The notes: generated by a model not told the origin, from the sequence alone. A DNA stretch of 63,520 nt, filler included, from Hyphochytrium catenoides (GCA_900088475.1; 11 parts of 11 records of this genome joined end to end with filler, not necessarily neighbours in it); one strand, 5' to 3'; positions 39,245 through 51,375 are shown, numbered from the whole stretch's first letter. Numbers and translations are program-made.

Positions 39245-41023
39245 TCATCCTTTGAGCCAACCCTTGTCCCTGGCCTTCTGGAACATGTCTTGCATCGCCA
39301 CTCTCTCTTCTTGCACCAGATCTGGATGCCAAACGTCAAAAAGAAGGACTACTCGCTCTCCATCCGCAGAGTCATTCCACGCTTCGTGGTCATATGCATC
39401 TAACAAAGCAGGAAGGAGCGAGAAGTAGAACATGAGGGGCACGTGGTGTGTTACTGTCTTGCAAAGGGAACAGAGAGCGTAGGACGTAGTCCACACAGCT
39501 TTGAGAAGTAGAAAGACGCTCTAGTGTTTTGGACTTGTCGAGCAAGGCGGTCCGACTTCGAGCGCTGTTGGGCCATCAACTCCAGGCTAACGACTAACCG
39601 CACTTAACGTTGACCAAACGTTACAGGGAAGCCATCCAGGCACATGAAGCAGAGATCAGATTGAGCCTTACCATCAAAAAGCAAAGGAACACCTTCCTCC
39701 CAGTGTCTCACCTCCTCCCCGACCCTCAGACCACACTCTGCCGGGACTATGAGGGGAAGATGGCAGCGCACCCTTATATTGCAGGGGGCGGAGTGAGCCG
39801 GGATGCTCGACTGCAATAGCATGGGAAACAGTATAGCAGTACCCGTAAGTCAGTCATGATCAAGGTGAGAAATATGCGTAAAGAGGAGAAAGCGCTACTA
39901 ACGAACGACATCGCTATTCAGAGGTTTCAGCACGGGATGAAGATAATGCCAGAAGTTGCGAGGTAGAGATAATGCAGTAATCGAGTCAGGTAAACCAAGT
40001 AAAGGAGCAGAGTCTTAGGGAGTGAGGTGTTGCCTTGGGTCCTAAGGTGGAGAAGAAGGAATAGGCAAAGGGAACGCCTGTCATCAGTCCCGGGATGCTC
40101 TCCAGAGCGGAGCTTGTGAGAGGACAGAGCTCACTCATTTTATCCTGCTTGACTCCCTATTGGTTTAGCAAAGCGAACACAAAGCGCGCAGTTAAAATTA
40201 GCGGAAGAGGAGGATCTAGGGAGGCGTCAGCGCTAAGGGAAACGACTCTTTCTCAGTCTGTTCCTGTTTTCACTACCTTCCCTCTTCGGCTATGTAGTCT
40301 TCTCTCTCCTGCACCTCCTACGCGAGCTCAGATGCGTCTTTCACCTTTTGATAGAACGAGTGCCAGTCCCAATCTCCGGCATGGAGCTGGTGTTCATCGG
40401 CTTTCATTTGGTAGTCAGACTGGGCCTTGTGGCACTCACGGAGAGCCAAATACTCATCCTGCAACGCACGACGAAGGGAGAGGAGGGTCAATCAGAGGGC
40501 ACCAGATGTACCAAACTGGGAGAAAATAGAGAGAGAGAGAGAAACAGCAGGGGAAAGAGAAGAGCGGGAAGAAAGAGACGAAGCCAGAGGGAAAGCACAA
40601 ACACTACTGATAGAAACTAGTGAGCAGAGGGAGTCTGATGAGACACCTTGAGAGACAGTAAATAGCGCGCGTGGTAGGATGTGGAAAGACAGACCAAGTT
40701 TTGGCAGTGGTGAGATATTCAACTAGGTGATCAAAAAGACAAAGGGAGAAGACAAAGAGAGAGCGGCCAGCAAAGTCGGCTGACTGGAGCCGAATGACAA
40801 GAAGCATCCGATGGTGCTGGCTAAGACAGGACAGTTGTAGACAGTCACTTATAGGCGTGACGGAATGGGCTAGCTAAGAAGACAGATAAGACTGCAAAGA
40901 ACAAGGATCAAGACCAGAAGAGAGAGTGTGTGTGCGAAGAGGGACATTTAAAACTAAAGTCTATTGGTTGATATAAGACAGACACATCAGAGAGAGAGAT
41001 GTGTAAAGAACAAAACAGAAGCC

Positions 41024-41057
<34 letters not shown>

Positions 41058-41619
41058 NNNNNNNNNNNNNNNNGGGAACTTTTCTTTGAGCTCCGCCGTC
41101 CAACTGAAAGAGCTAAGCTCCCACCAGGGTCGAGACTCTAGACCAGGGAAGATAAACATCGTAGGGCTCGGCCGACATTTAGCTAATCAGGAGAGTGAGA
41201 AGAAGGAAGTTAGAGAAGCAAGCTCTCCTCGGAACAAGAAGATGCAGAGGAGTTGCCTTTATGAGAAGATTGATGCCTGAGAGCGAGAGAGAAGAGAGAA
41301 AGATTAGCTTCATGGAAAAGAGACTATTAGAAAAGATGACGTGGATAGTCAAGAGGTGACTGAGCACGGGGCACCTGACTGGGCAAGAGGGCGTAGAAGT
41401 CTGCTGGTGGAAAAGAGGGAACTAGGAGGGAGCGAGGGCCTTGGGCAGTAAGAACATCATGCAGAGAGTCTCAACCAATGAGACAGAGAGAGACAGAGAG
41501 AAAGAAGGTGGGAGAGAAAGGAGACAGCGAGGGAGACAACATCCCAGTTGAAGAAGGAGACCTGTAGTGAGGCACAAAGCGCTGCGGACCAGATTCGCGG
41601 TAGGGATCGCCCGTGCCAT
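39245..41619 (-). CDS. Aspartyl/asparaginyl beta-hydroxylase (AspH/ASPHD) domain protein
   Basis: FPGLESRPWW, GDWDWHSF, CPLT, FFSTLGPK|SSIPAHSAPCNIRVRCHLPL and LFD|DAYDHEAWN...RVVLLFDVWHPDL. Confidence 0.9.
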
Positions 41620-42233
41620 CTGTCCACTCCTTGTAAGACAGGCCCCGCAGCCCTACACCTCTAAACCCGACTCCCGGAGCGCCGTCAGAAGAGAGTAAAG
41701 CGAATGTAGATGGGTCCGAGACAGACGGCAGACCGACCGCGAAGTAGAGCGAGGTGTTGAAGCTCAGCTCAGCTCGGTCTTCAGTCTTCGGTCTTCACTT
41801 CTCATCTCTGCATTCTGAAGCTTTCTCCTTTATATCTTACTGACGCTAGACGACCGTTAGCGGCTCTGATGCGTGCGAATCAGAGTGGGCAGGAGATCAT
41901 AGGTGATAGACATCACGGCAGGCCGAGAGATATCGTCCGGGAAGACAGAGGGATTTACATCGCGGCACTGGAAGAGAGAATGCAGCAGACAGAGAAAGAG
42001 ATTGCTGCAGACGGAGACAGACACCGTGGTAGATACGGAGACAGCCAGAGACGGGCGGGCGGGCAGGCGACGGAGTGGGAAGCGACACTCTAGTGACCGT
42101 CGGAACATAGGGGCTGAAGAGAGAGAAAGAAGAGACAAGGAGAACTCCACGATGAGCTGGAAGAGAGCAGCTTGGAACGCCTCTCCTCACGTCTTCCTTC
42201 TGTGATGAGCTACAAGCTTCCGTAGTCCTGGCC

Positions 42234-42432
42234 ATGGGGAGGAAGGAGATAGATGAGCAGGACGATGAGAGAGAGGCGCGGGCGCACAGGGAGAGCTTGC
42301 ATGCGGCTTGGACGGCAAACTCCGGGCCAGTGTCTTCTGCCGCCGCAGCGTCTCTCCTTGGCTCCTCCGTGAACTCTCTAGCCAAGCTCTTGGTTCCTGA
42401 CAGCCTCTATATCAACCAGGATGAAGTTGCGA
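42234..42432 (+). CDS. Possible first exon of a gene cut by the gap, divergent from the AspH-like gene
   Basis: ATG ORF MGRKEIDEQDDE...LYINQDEVAR, followed by a GTGCGT donor-like site and pyrimidine-rich sequence. Confidence 0.3.
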
Positions 42433-42699
42433 GGTGCGTGGGAAGTGAGGCTCACTCATCCCTATGCGCTCTCTTCCAGCACCGCCGTGTTACTGCCAAT
42501 CCTTCCTCTCCAGGCGCCCTGACTCGCTCTTTCTCCTGCCGTCTCTAGTATCTCCCATCCGTTGCTCNNNNNNNNNNNNNNNNNNNNNNNNNNNNNNNNN
42601 NNNNNNNNNNNTTAATTAATTAANNNNNNNNNNNNNNNNNNNNNNNNNNNNNNNNNNNNNNNNNNNNAAGCGAGAAGAGAACCATCTAGATCTCTTTCC

Positions 42700-45600
42700 A
42701 TCTTACCAGCAAAGCCTCCAGTCGGCTCAGCTGGTCCTCGACTTCCATCAACTCGCGCTCACGTTGTTCCTGACACATCTGCAAGGCTGCGAAAGGCAGT
42801 GGAGGATTAGAGTTAGGGAAGGACAAGGCAATTGTCAGGGTCAAAGCCCGTACATTCCTAGGAAATAACGCCAGGAAAAGATGGACGAGGTGCCATCCTG
42901 GGCTTAGGGATAGACATGAAGATAGCGCTGAATGGGTCTGAGAAGAAAGACGAGAGAGAGAAAAGAGAAGTGCCTTCCGGTTAGAAGAGAATACCTTTGG
43001 CTCGCGCCTCCATCCTCACTCTTTCTCTCTCTTTTAACTCTTCCCTGCGCATCACCTCGTCCTCCTGCTGCAGCTCGACCTCAGGAGTCCAGCCAAGGAT
43101 CTCCCTAACAGAGTACTCTTCCACATCCCACGAGTAATATCTGCGCCACCGAGAAAGAGGATGTTAGGCCAAGAGTACGAGAGTGAAGAGACAAAAGGCG
43201 CTAACCTAGAGAGAGAATTCGAGAAGAACCAGGCTTTTTCCTAGCAAATGGTCAGTTCAGGACCGAATGGAGGGAGGAACAGGTGGAGAACAGAGGGAAG
43301 AGAGTAACCTCAAGGAATAGGTGAATGAGGACTCTGGACAGGAAGGAGAGAGAGAGAGAGAGAGAGAGAGGAAGTAGCCGCCGAAGCTGCGAACCGGTAC
43401 CTCATTCTCCATTCTTCCTTCTCCTCCTCCTCTCTTTTCACTCTAGGCAAAATGGTCTCCGTATAGGGGGCGAGAGAGAGAGAGAGAGAAAGCTGTGCTA
43501 GTAGTTGCTGCTGCTTAATCTTCTCCAAGAAGGTCCGAAGGAAGAGGAGGCGAGACGGCTTATGGCCAAAGTACCAGCGGTGGAAGCGGACCACCGACAA
43601 AAAAGGAAGAAGTGCCGGAGCGTTTGACGCTGGAAGGGTACAGACAGGAGAGAGTGAGGTTCATCCTAACGGGAGAGAGCAAAGAAAGAGAATGACCACT
43701 GCTGAACTAAATCTAGAGCTTACGCCATCTTTTAGTACAGAGAACAAGAGAGAGGGAGAGAGAGAGAGAGAAAAAAAGATGAAAGAGATATAAAGCGGAG
43801 AGGTATCGACAGTTGAAAGAGAGAAGCAGCGGTAGACTGAATAGAAGCAGGCGTACAGACAGATATTGCTAAAAGATGGAGACTGAAGATGACCCTGATG
43901 AGAGAGACAGAAAGTAAAGGCATCAGAGGCCATCTACCAGTGACTGTGAAGTCCTGTCGAAGGAGCTCTTGCGCCGGAAGAGGAGACGGAGCTGCCACGC
44001 TCACTTCAGGCAGCAACGCCGCAGCTGCGGCCTCTTCCCGCAGTAACAGCTGTCGTACAGGGAGGGCCGAAGAAGAAGGAGAGAACCACCAGGAGGAGAA
44101 TAGCTCCAGATCATCTTGCCTGTTGATGAAAGAGAGAGAAAAGAATATCGCGACATTGAGAGAGGAAGCAGAGCAAAAAGAGAGAAGAGAGACACAGAGA
44201 GAAAAGAAGTCATTGAGCGTCATCGACTATGTAGATCATATATTTCACTTCTTTCTTCTCTCTTACTCGCTCTCGGCCTCAGCAAGAGGGTCTGGCACCC
44301 TCAGGCCTTCTGCTCCGCCCACGGCTATGACCGTGGGGTCAAGAAGAACAAGAGAGAGTTCCAACTCTTTCTCTTCCCCGGAGAGGGAGGTGGGAGGGCA
44401 AAGGATTGCCAGATTGTAGTCCGGAAGAACGATGGGCTCAAAGAGAGAGAGGGAAGGCGGTCTCTGCGTATCAAGAGCTGCAACAGGGAGAGAAAGTGAG
44501 ACAGACGGAGAGAGAGTCAGGCAGACAGAGAGAGAGAAAATTGAAGAGACTAAGAAGAGAGAGGGCGATGTCACCAGTTTTAAAGGTAACCGCCGAAGGA
44601 GAGAGCAAGCAAGAGGGGGAGTAGGGAGAGAGGGGAAGAGAGACACATAAAAGAGAGCCAAAGGCAGAGAGAGAACAAGGCAGAGAGAGAACGAGGACGA
44701 GAGACAGAGAAAGAAAGAGAGAGGGAGAGGGAGAAAGAGAGAGACAACCGAGCCACTCACCTTTCCTGTACTTTTCATAGTAAGGCTGCTGTACGTTTGC
44801 TAACATGACCTGAGGGCTGCGATAGGGAAAGGAGAAGAGAAGAGAGGACCAGAGAGAAAGACTTTCGTAGCGCTGCTGGGCGGCCCAGAGCCATTCCGTG
44901 CGAGCGGACAGTCTCTCAGCCTGGAGACGAATATCTTCCTCCTTTCTCTCCTGCCAAACACCATTAGAACAGAGAGAGAGACAAAGAGAGGAAATAACAG
45001 CAGGCAGAAGGTCAGTGTAATCGCGTAGAGGCAGAGAGTGGTGGCAAAGGAGAGAGAAGCGGTAACTAATCTAGAAGAGCAACTAGCGGCGCTCTTTCAG
45101 TTGCTCTTCAGTTGGACTCTTTCATTCTTGTTCTCTCTCTCGCTCTCGCTCTCGCTGTCCCTCTCTCACTCTCTTCCCCTCCTACGTCAAAGCTTATGTC
45201 ATGCCCCTCACCTGTTTAGAAGCTTTGCCTTTTCCCTTTTTTCTCCCCTCCGTGGTGCGCCCAGTGGCGTACCAAAAGCAGAAGCGGCGCCATCGAACGC
45301 TGTCAAGTGAGCCATCTGCAAATCGAAGGCAGCAGGAGAGAGGAGGGAACGGAGGAAAAAGTTCAATGAGCGACTAAGGAGTTATCTTGTAGGAATGGGA
45401 AAGCGAAAGAGTAACAAAGGGAGCCTGGATCGCATTCTCATTCTCACCTTCTCACCCTGTTCACTCTCCCTCTCTCTTTCTCTCTCTCTTTTCTTTCTTT
45501 CTCTCTCTCTCTCTCTCGCTCTCTCTCTCTTTCTCTCTCTCTTTTCGTTTCAGAAAGCGAACCCTATCACTAGTTGTCTCTCTTACCTAGCACGTCTCCT

Positions 45601-45991
45601 GGATCTTCCTTCGGGACATTGAAGGTGTAGCCCTGATATTCTCCTTCCTCTTTCCCTTCATCGCACTCCAGCTGACGCCGGAACTGCTGCAGGACTTCAG
45701 CTGATTGACCAGCTTTCTGAAGCTCTTGGAAGAGGAGACGCCGACGATGCTAAAAAAAGCAGAGAGAAGATGGAAAGGGCGAGGGTTTAGCGCGGGTGGA
45801 GAAAGGATAGAGAAACGTGAGAAGTAAATCGAGGCAGAAAGGGGAGATATAGGAGAGAGAGAGAGAGGAGAAAAACGAAAGAGGATAGCGGGTACAAGGA
45901 AACAGAAAGTAGGAGATAGAAGGTGACAAGTGAGAATGGGAGTGACAAAGAGAGAGCCACGCACACAGAGTGGGAGACAGATGAGAAGCAG

Positions 45992-46032
<41 letters not shown>

Positions 46033-48040
46033 GTGAGAGTGCGAGTGCGAGGGAGAGAGTAGTAGAAGGGCCGAAAAAAGCCAAGAGACATTCGCTGCTC
46101 GCCCAAAGAGGAAACAGGAGGAAGGAGAGGGCAGCTGGTGAGAGAATGGAACTCGACAAGAGGATCTGAAGCCAATGCAGGACGGAAGGGAGAGGAGAAT
46201 CGGTGGCTCCCTACGCTGGAGCCTGAGAAGAACTTGGCGAAAGTGCTCCATTTCTTCTTCTCTCCGGCGCCCAGATTAGCGTCTCTCTCTCCTCCCTCAG
46301 GCACTGGGATCCGAGAGGAGCTCGCAACTTTTTTTGTGGCTTCGTCCTTGCACGCGACCAGCAGCTCGACACGCTGCTGATCCTCGGATAGAGAGGCCCA
46401 GACAATGAAGAACTGCGAAGTAAGAGCAGAAGAGAGAGTGAGAGAGATGGGGAGAGAGAGAGAGACGGGGAGAGAGAGAGAAAGAAGGGAGAGTAGGTTA
46501 GAGGAGAGAGAGAATAAGAGGGAGAGACGGGAAGTTGATCTTAGACGGTTTCTGCCCTTCTCTATTTGCTGGATCTCTTTCATTGGCTCCCTTTACAGAG
46601 TCGAGAACGCCTTTCGTAGATCAATCTCTCTTTCTCTCTCTCTTTCTCTCTCTCTTGATCATCAACGTCTCTCCCCTCGTCTGTGAAACTGGGCTTGATC
46701 TTTCCGTTTACGCTCTCTCCTTTTCTCACTTACCTCAGGGGGCGGCGTCTTGTCCCCCAGGCTCCGGACTGCCTGGCCAGGGTCCAGAGCTCCTTCAGAT
46801 TCCTCGTCACTGAAACCATCAGAGGAAGAGTCTTCTTCGTCTTCCTCTTCCTCTCCCCGGGACTGAGAGAGACTGAAGCCTATCCCCACATTTCCTCTCT
46901 TTCTCCGGTTTCTTCTCTCTCTCTCCTTCGGATCTATGGGCTTGCCGTGCAGAACTGGTTGCCGGCTCTGTCTCTCGGGAGGAAGCGAAGGAGAGAGATC
47001 ATCTATCATTGACAACACGCGCATTCCCTTGTTTCTTCTCCCATGGCCCTCCTCTCTCTCTCTTTCTCCCTCATCAAAAGCTTCTTCATTCTCTTCTGTC
47101 TCCTTTTTGGGATGAGGCGCATCGTCCTCCTTCTTTTTGCCAAGAAAGAAGAGAACCTTGCCGTCCTCAGGTCGAGAGGAGGAATAGAGTCCAATGTGCG
47201 CCGGGTCTTTCTTCTCTTCGCTATGTTTATCGTCTTTCTCTCTCTTTCTCTTTTGTCTCTCTCCAGATACCTCCTTTCCTTCTTCCCGCAGTGACCTCAC
47301 CTGCGCGAGGATGTTCGGCAGATGAGAAGGGGATGCGGGAGAGAGAGGAGCAAAGGGAGAGGTAAGAGAGAGAGGTGGAGAAGGAAGGCGAGAGGAAGAG
47401 GGAGAAGGAGATTCGGCTGCGCTGTAAAGCTTTTCGCTTTCCACCGCTTGGTCATCTCTCTCTCTCTCGACCTCTCTCTCTTCCTCCTCGTCTGTCTCCG
47501 TCTGAGGGTACTTGGAGTCTATGTCTTTTTCTTCTTCGGATTCTGTCTCTTCAGCTAAAAGCCCTATCGAGAGAGAGTGAGTTATAGTGTCAGGAAGAGA
47601 GAGAGAGAGAAAGGAGGAGACAGAACAAGCCCATAGATCCGAGGGAGAGAGAGGCATAGAATCCTAAAAGCCTCAGACAGAGACAGACGAGGAGGAGGGG
47701 AGAGAGGTCCAGAGAGAGAAAGATGACCAAGAGAGACGACATGTGTTCTCTGGGAAGCGATGGAAGAGAGAGAGAGAGAGAGAGCCCTCTTACCTGAACC
47801 ATTTACTGGGATCTCGAGCGATAGCATTTTCAGGGTAGGGCCGCTATCGGCCTTTGTTTGCGTTACTTTCTCTCCTTCATCAGAACTCTCTCTCTCTCTC
47901 TCTTTTGTCTCTCTCTGTTTGATTCCTCCATCGAGAGACAGCTGAGAAGCTGACCAGTGCAAGCGGTAGATGTGAGAAGGAGTGAAGACCGCGATATCTC
48001 TTCCTTCCCTGCCGCGTCAGAAAAGTGATGAGATGGACGG

Positions 48041-48095
<55 letters not shown>

Positions 48096-48725
48096 GCGAC
48101 GAACGTAGCGAGAAAGAGAAGGAATTTGGATAAGAGTACGAAGAGAGAGTGAATGAACGAGATGGACAGGACCAAAGAGAGAGAGAGTAGCAACTTTGGG
48201 AAGCTGAAAAGAAATGACTTGTGGGAGAGAGAGGATAAGAGTGAGAGACACAGAAAAGGGAGAAAAGAGAGAGAGGAGGAGAAAGGAGAGAGAGAGGAGA
48301 GAAGAGAGAGAGAGACAGAGACAGAGAAAGAGAGACAAAGAGGGAGAGAGAGAGAGAGAGAAAGAGAGGGAGAGAGGGAGAGACACGGCGCTCACCTTTG
48401 GCCACAGAACACCGCTGCCAGAGGAGAAGGAGAGAGAAGGTAGGAAGAGCAGAGAGAAAAGCGTGTGGCGAGCCCTGAAGGCAGGAGATGAACCAGCCAA
48501 AGAAGGAGAGACCCAGCAGAACAAAGAGAGAGAAGCACTTGGGAGCCACTGAGAGAAGAAAAAGGAGGGGAGGAGAGAGAAACGGAGACAATCTTTCCCT
48601 CGTGCTTCTTGTGCACGAAGAGCGGGGTCCGGATCACGGCAGAGGGAGAGGAAGACACGCTAGGAAGAGGGCTCTGGCCTTGATCTTTCTCTTGGAATCG
48701 GGAGGAGAAGCCTGGGTTCCACAGC
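42700..48725 (-). CDS. Large multi-exon hypothetical protein (Glu/Arg/Ser-rich, both ends lost in gaps)
   Basis: A series of in-phase GT-AG exons, e.g. ...KTPPPE|FFIVWASLSEDQQRVELL, MLANVQQPYYEKYRK, VRFHRWYFGHKPSRLLFLRTF and YYSWDVEEYSVREILGW. I recognise no family. Confidence 0.6.
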
Positions 48726-49217
48726 TGTAACAGATGAGAAAGAGAGGCACATGAGAAGAGAGAGAGAGAGGGGAAGGGACAAAGAGAGAGAGAGAGAAAG
48801 AAAGAGAGAGAGNNNNNNNNNNNNNNNNNNNNNNNNNNNNNNNNNNNNNNNNNNNNTTAATTAATTAANNNNNNNNNNNNNNNNNNNNNNNNNNNNNNNN
48901 NNNNNNNNNNNNATGTCTCTCTCTCTCCCTTCAACCTTTTCTTTCTCTCCCTAATGGTCTTCCATGCTTCGCTCCTCCTACCTTCTTTTCTTATGGCCAC
49001 CTCTCTGGTCTCTCTTCTCTTTTGACTCTAACTCTTCGCTTGGCTCCATCGTTAGCGTTCCTTTCGTCTCTCTTTAGATGTTCGGACAATGGCGCTGTAT
49101 AAAGCTAACTGAGCCTTCTGTTTGCTCTCTCTCTCTCTTTCTCTCTTTCTCTTCTCTCTGTCTCCATCTCTTTCGCTGTTTCTCTCTTCCCTTCTCTCAC
49201 CGTATTTTCCCTCCCAG

Positions 49218-50190
49218 GTCTTCCTATTTCTCTCTCCTTCGGAGGCAAAATTTCCTGCGTCCTTTCTGCTTCAGGCTGAGGCTCGGGAACTCTCGCCTCC
49301 TTCTCCTTCAGGCGGACACTGAAGAGGGAGCGACACTCTGGATGGACACACTGAAAAATGTGGCAAGAGAAGGAGAAGCTCCAGGCATTCTTCCCTCTTT
49401 CTTCCCTTTCCCTGCGCTTGAGGGCGAGGATGAGGAGAAAGAAGAGGAGAAGGAAGCGGAGATCGAAACAGAAGTAGAGAAGACGTCCGCAGCTGAAGGA
49501 ACAGCGTTAGGACAACAGCTAGAACAGAGCAGAGAAGAAAGGAGAGAGAACATGCTTGAAGACGAGAGAGAAGACGCTGTCGAGAGAAAGGCAGGAGAAG
49601 AGATTGTGATATCAGCTGAAGAGGGAGAGACGGTCAAGACTCTTCCTTCCTCTTCTCCAGAGGTTCTCCCGCCCCATAGTGCTCTCCACGCGCATGCACC
49701 TTCCTTCTTCATCTCTTCTTCGACCAAACCTCTATGTCTGTCTCTCCTTCGCTCTCCTCCAGCACTGTTCCGAGAGGTGGCGAGATGCCGTCTCCCGTGC
49801 TCTACAGTTCACTTCTTTCAGAAGTTCTACGGGCCACAGTCTACCTTCTCGCTGAGACAGCTGAGAAGGAAAAGGTGAGAAGCGCCTTGTCTCTCTCTCT
49901 GTCTCTCTCTCTCTCGCTCTCGCTCTCTCTCCCTTTCGCTCTCTCTCTCTTTCTCTACGTTATCCGGTTTTGTGGGCTTTATTCTTGCCTAGTACTGCAG
50001 AAGTGTCAACTACGGAAACTGAAGGCAGGTTATGTGGAAAGAAAGAGAGAGAAAGAAAGAGAGAGAGAGGGCAAGCCGGTCAGACCTGCTAAAGACCTAA
50101 GCACCGGAAGGGAGAAGGTGATATGGAGAGAAAGAATCGAACTAAAGACAAGCCTAAGACGTAGCAAAGTGCAGTTTCTCTCGCTTGCTA

Positions 50191-50246
<56 letters not shown>

Positions 50247-51092
50247 ACGACCTCCTCTTCAGGGCAACCGACATCCACATCGAGCCCTGGCGCTCCTCTG
50301 CCTCTTACGGCTGGCAGCGCAGAACTCGTTTCATTCTCCCTGTGGACACTACTTTCGTGCGGACTTCGTCTCTCGTCAAGATCGACGAGGGTCTCTCCCT
50401 CTACAGCGAAGGTCAGCAAGGGGTCTTTCTGCTCCTGCTGTCTGCTAACTGTCTTTCTCCATGTGCTCTCTCTCTACTCTCCCACCTAAAAACGTATCTC
50501 TCTTTGTTCTACTCTTTCCCCTCTCTTGGCATATTGTGAGCTTCTCAGCGTGCAGGACTGGTCACTCATTTTCTTCTTTCTGAACCCTTCTCCTATCTCT
50601 CCCTGGTCTTTCGCGTCTTCCTTTTCCCTGCTCCAATTCTTTTGGTCTCTCTCTCTTTCTTTCTCTCTCTCTCACGGTCTCTTCCCCCCAGGGTCGCGTC
50701 TCACGATGGTGGGTCGAAGTGTAACCCCTGGAGTGCCCTACGGAAAGTCCTTCGAGGTGGAGACGCTGATGGAAGTCTCAGACCTCCGCCAACCCGGAGG
50801 AGATGGAGAGAGACAAACGGTGCCAAAGGCCGAGAGAGCGAGCGCGGAAAGAGAGACGGGCCGAGGAGAGAGAGAGAGAACAGAAATGCAATGCGGGACC
50901 ACGTCAGAGTGCGAGGTTGTTGTCTCTATGAGCGTTCATTTTTTGAAGTCAACCATCATCCGGAGCATCATCGAGGCGAGTTGCGTCTCTGAGACAAAGA
51001 GCAGCATGGAAGCCATGATGAGACTCTTCCGGGAAGAGCTAAAGGAAGAAGAGAGAGAAAAGAGAGAGAATAGAGGGAAGAAGAAAATGTAA
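49218..51092 (+). CDS. 3' part of a PH plus VASt (StART-like) sterol-transfer protein, LAM/GRAMD1-like
   Basis: PH C-terminus FCFRL...LLLQADTEEGATLWMDTL. VASt motifs FFQKFYG, TDIHIEPW, TPGVPYGKSFEVET and VHFLKSTIIRSIIE. Confidence 0.75.
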
Positions 51093-51338
51093 GGAGAGAG
51101 ATCACACGTGTGTTGACGTGGTCCCGAGGAGAGAGAGAGGAGAGGGAGAGACAGCTGCAGATCTTTACGGACTCCAGGAAGAGTATTTATATTCTGTATG
51201 TTATAACAGAGAAAGGCACAAGAGACTGTGCCACACGGAAGGGGAGAGAGAGAGGGAAGAAAAGGAGGAAGCAGTTAAGGCTACGCGTGTACTATGACAC
51301 TGATTTACCTAACAGACCTTACTTACATATGCTAAGGG

Positions 51339-51375
<37 letters not shown>

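Noticed and set aside
45079-45090. The 12-mer GCAACTAGCGGC is shared between the TAG site (5198-5209) and the hairpin intron, suggesting a trans guide
   Set aside because: It is short, was found after the fact, has no A-C mismatch at the TAG, and lies across several gaps. Chance is a sufficient explanation.
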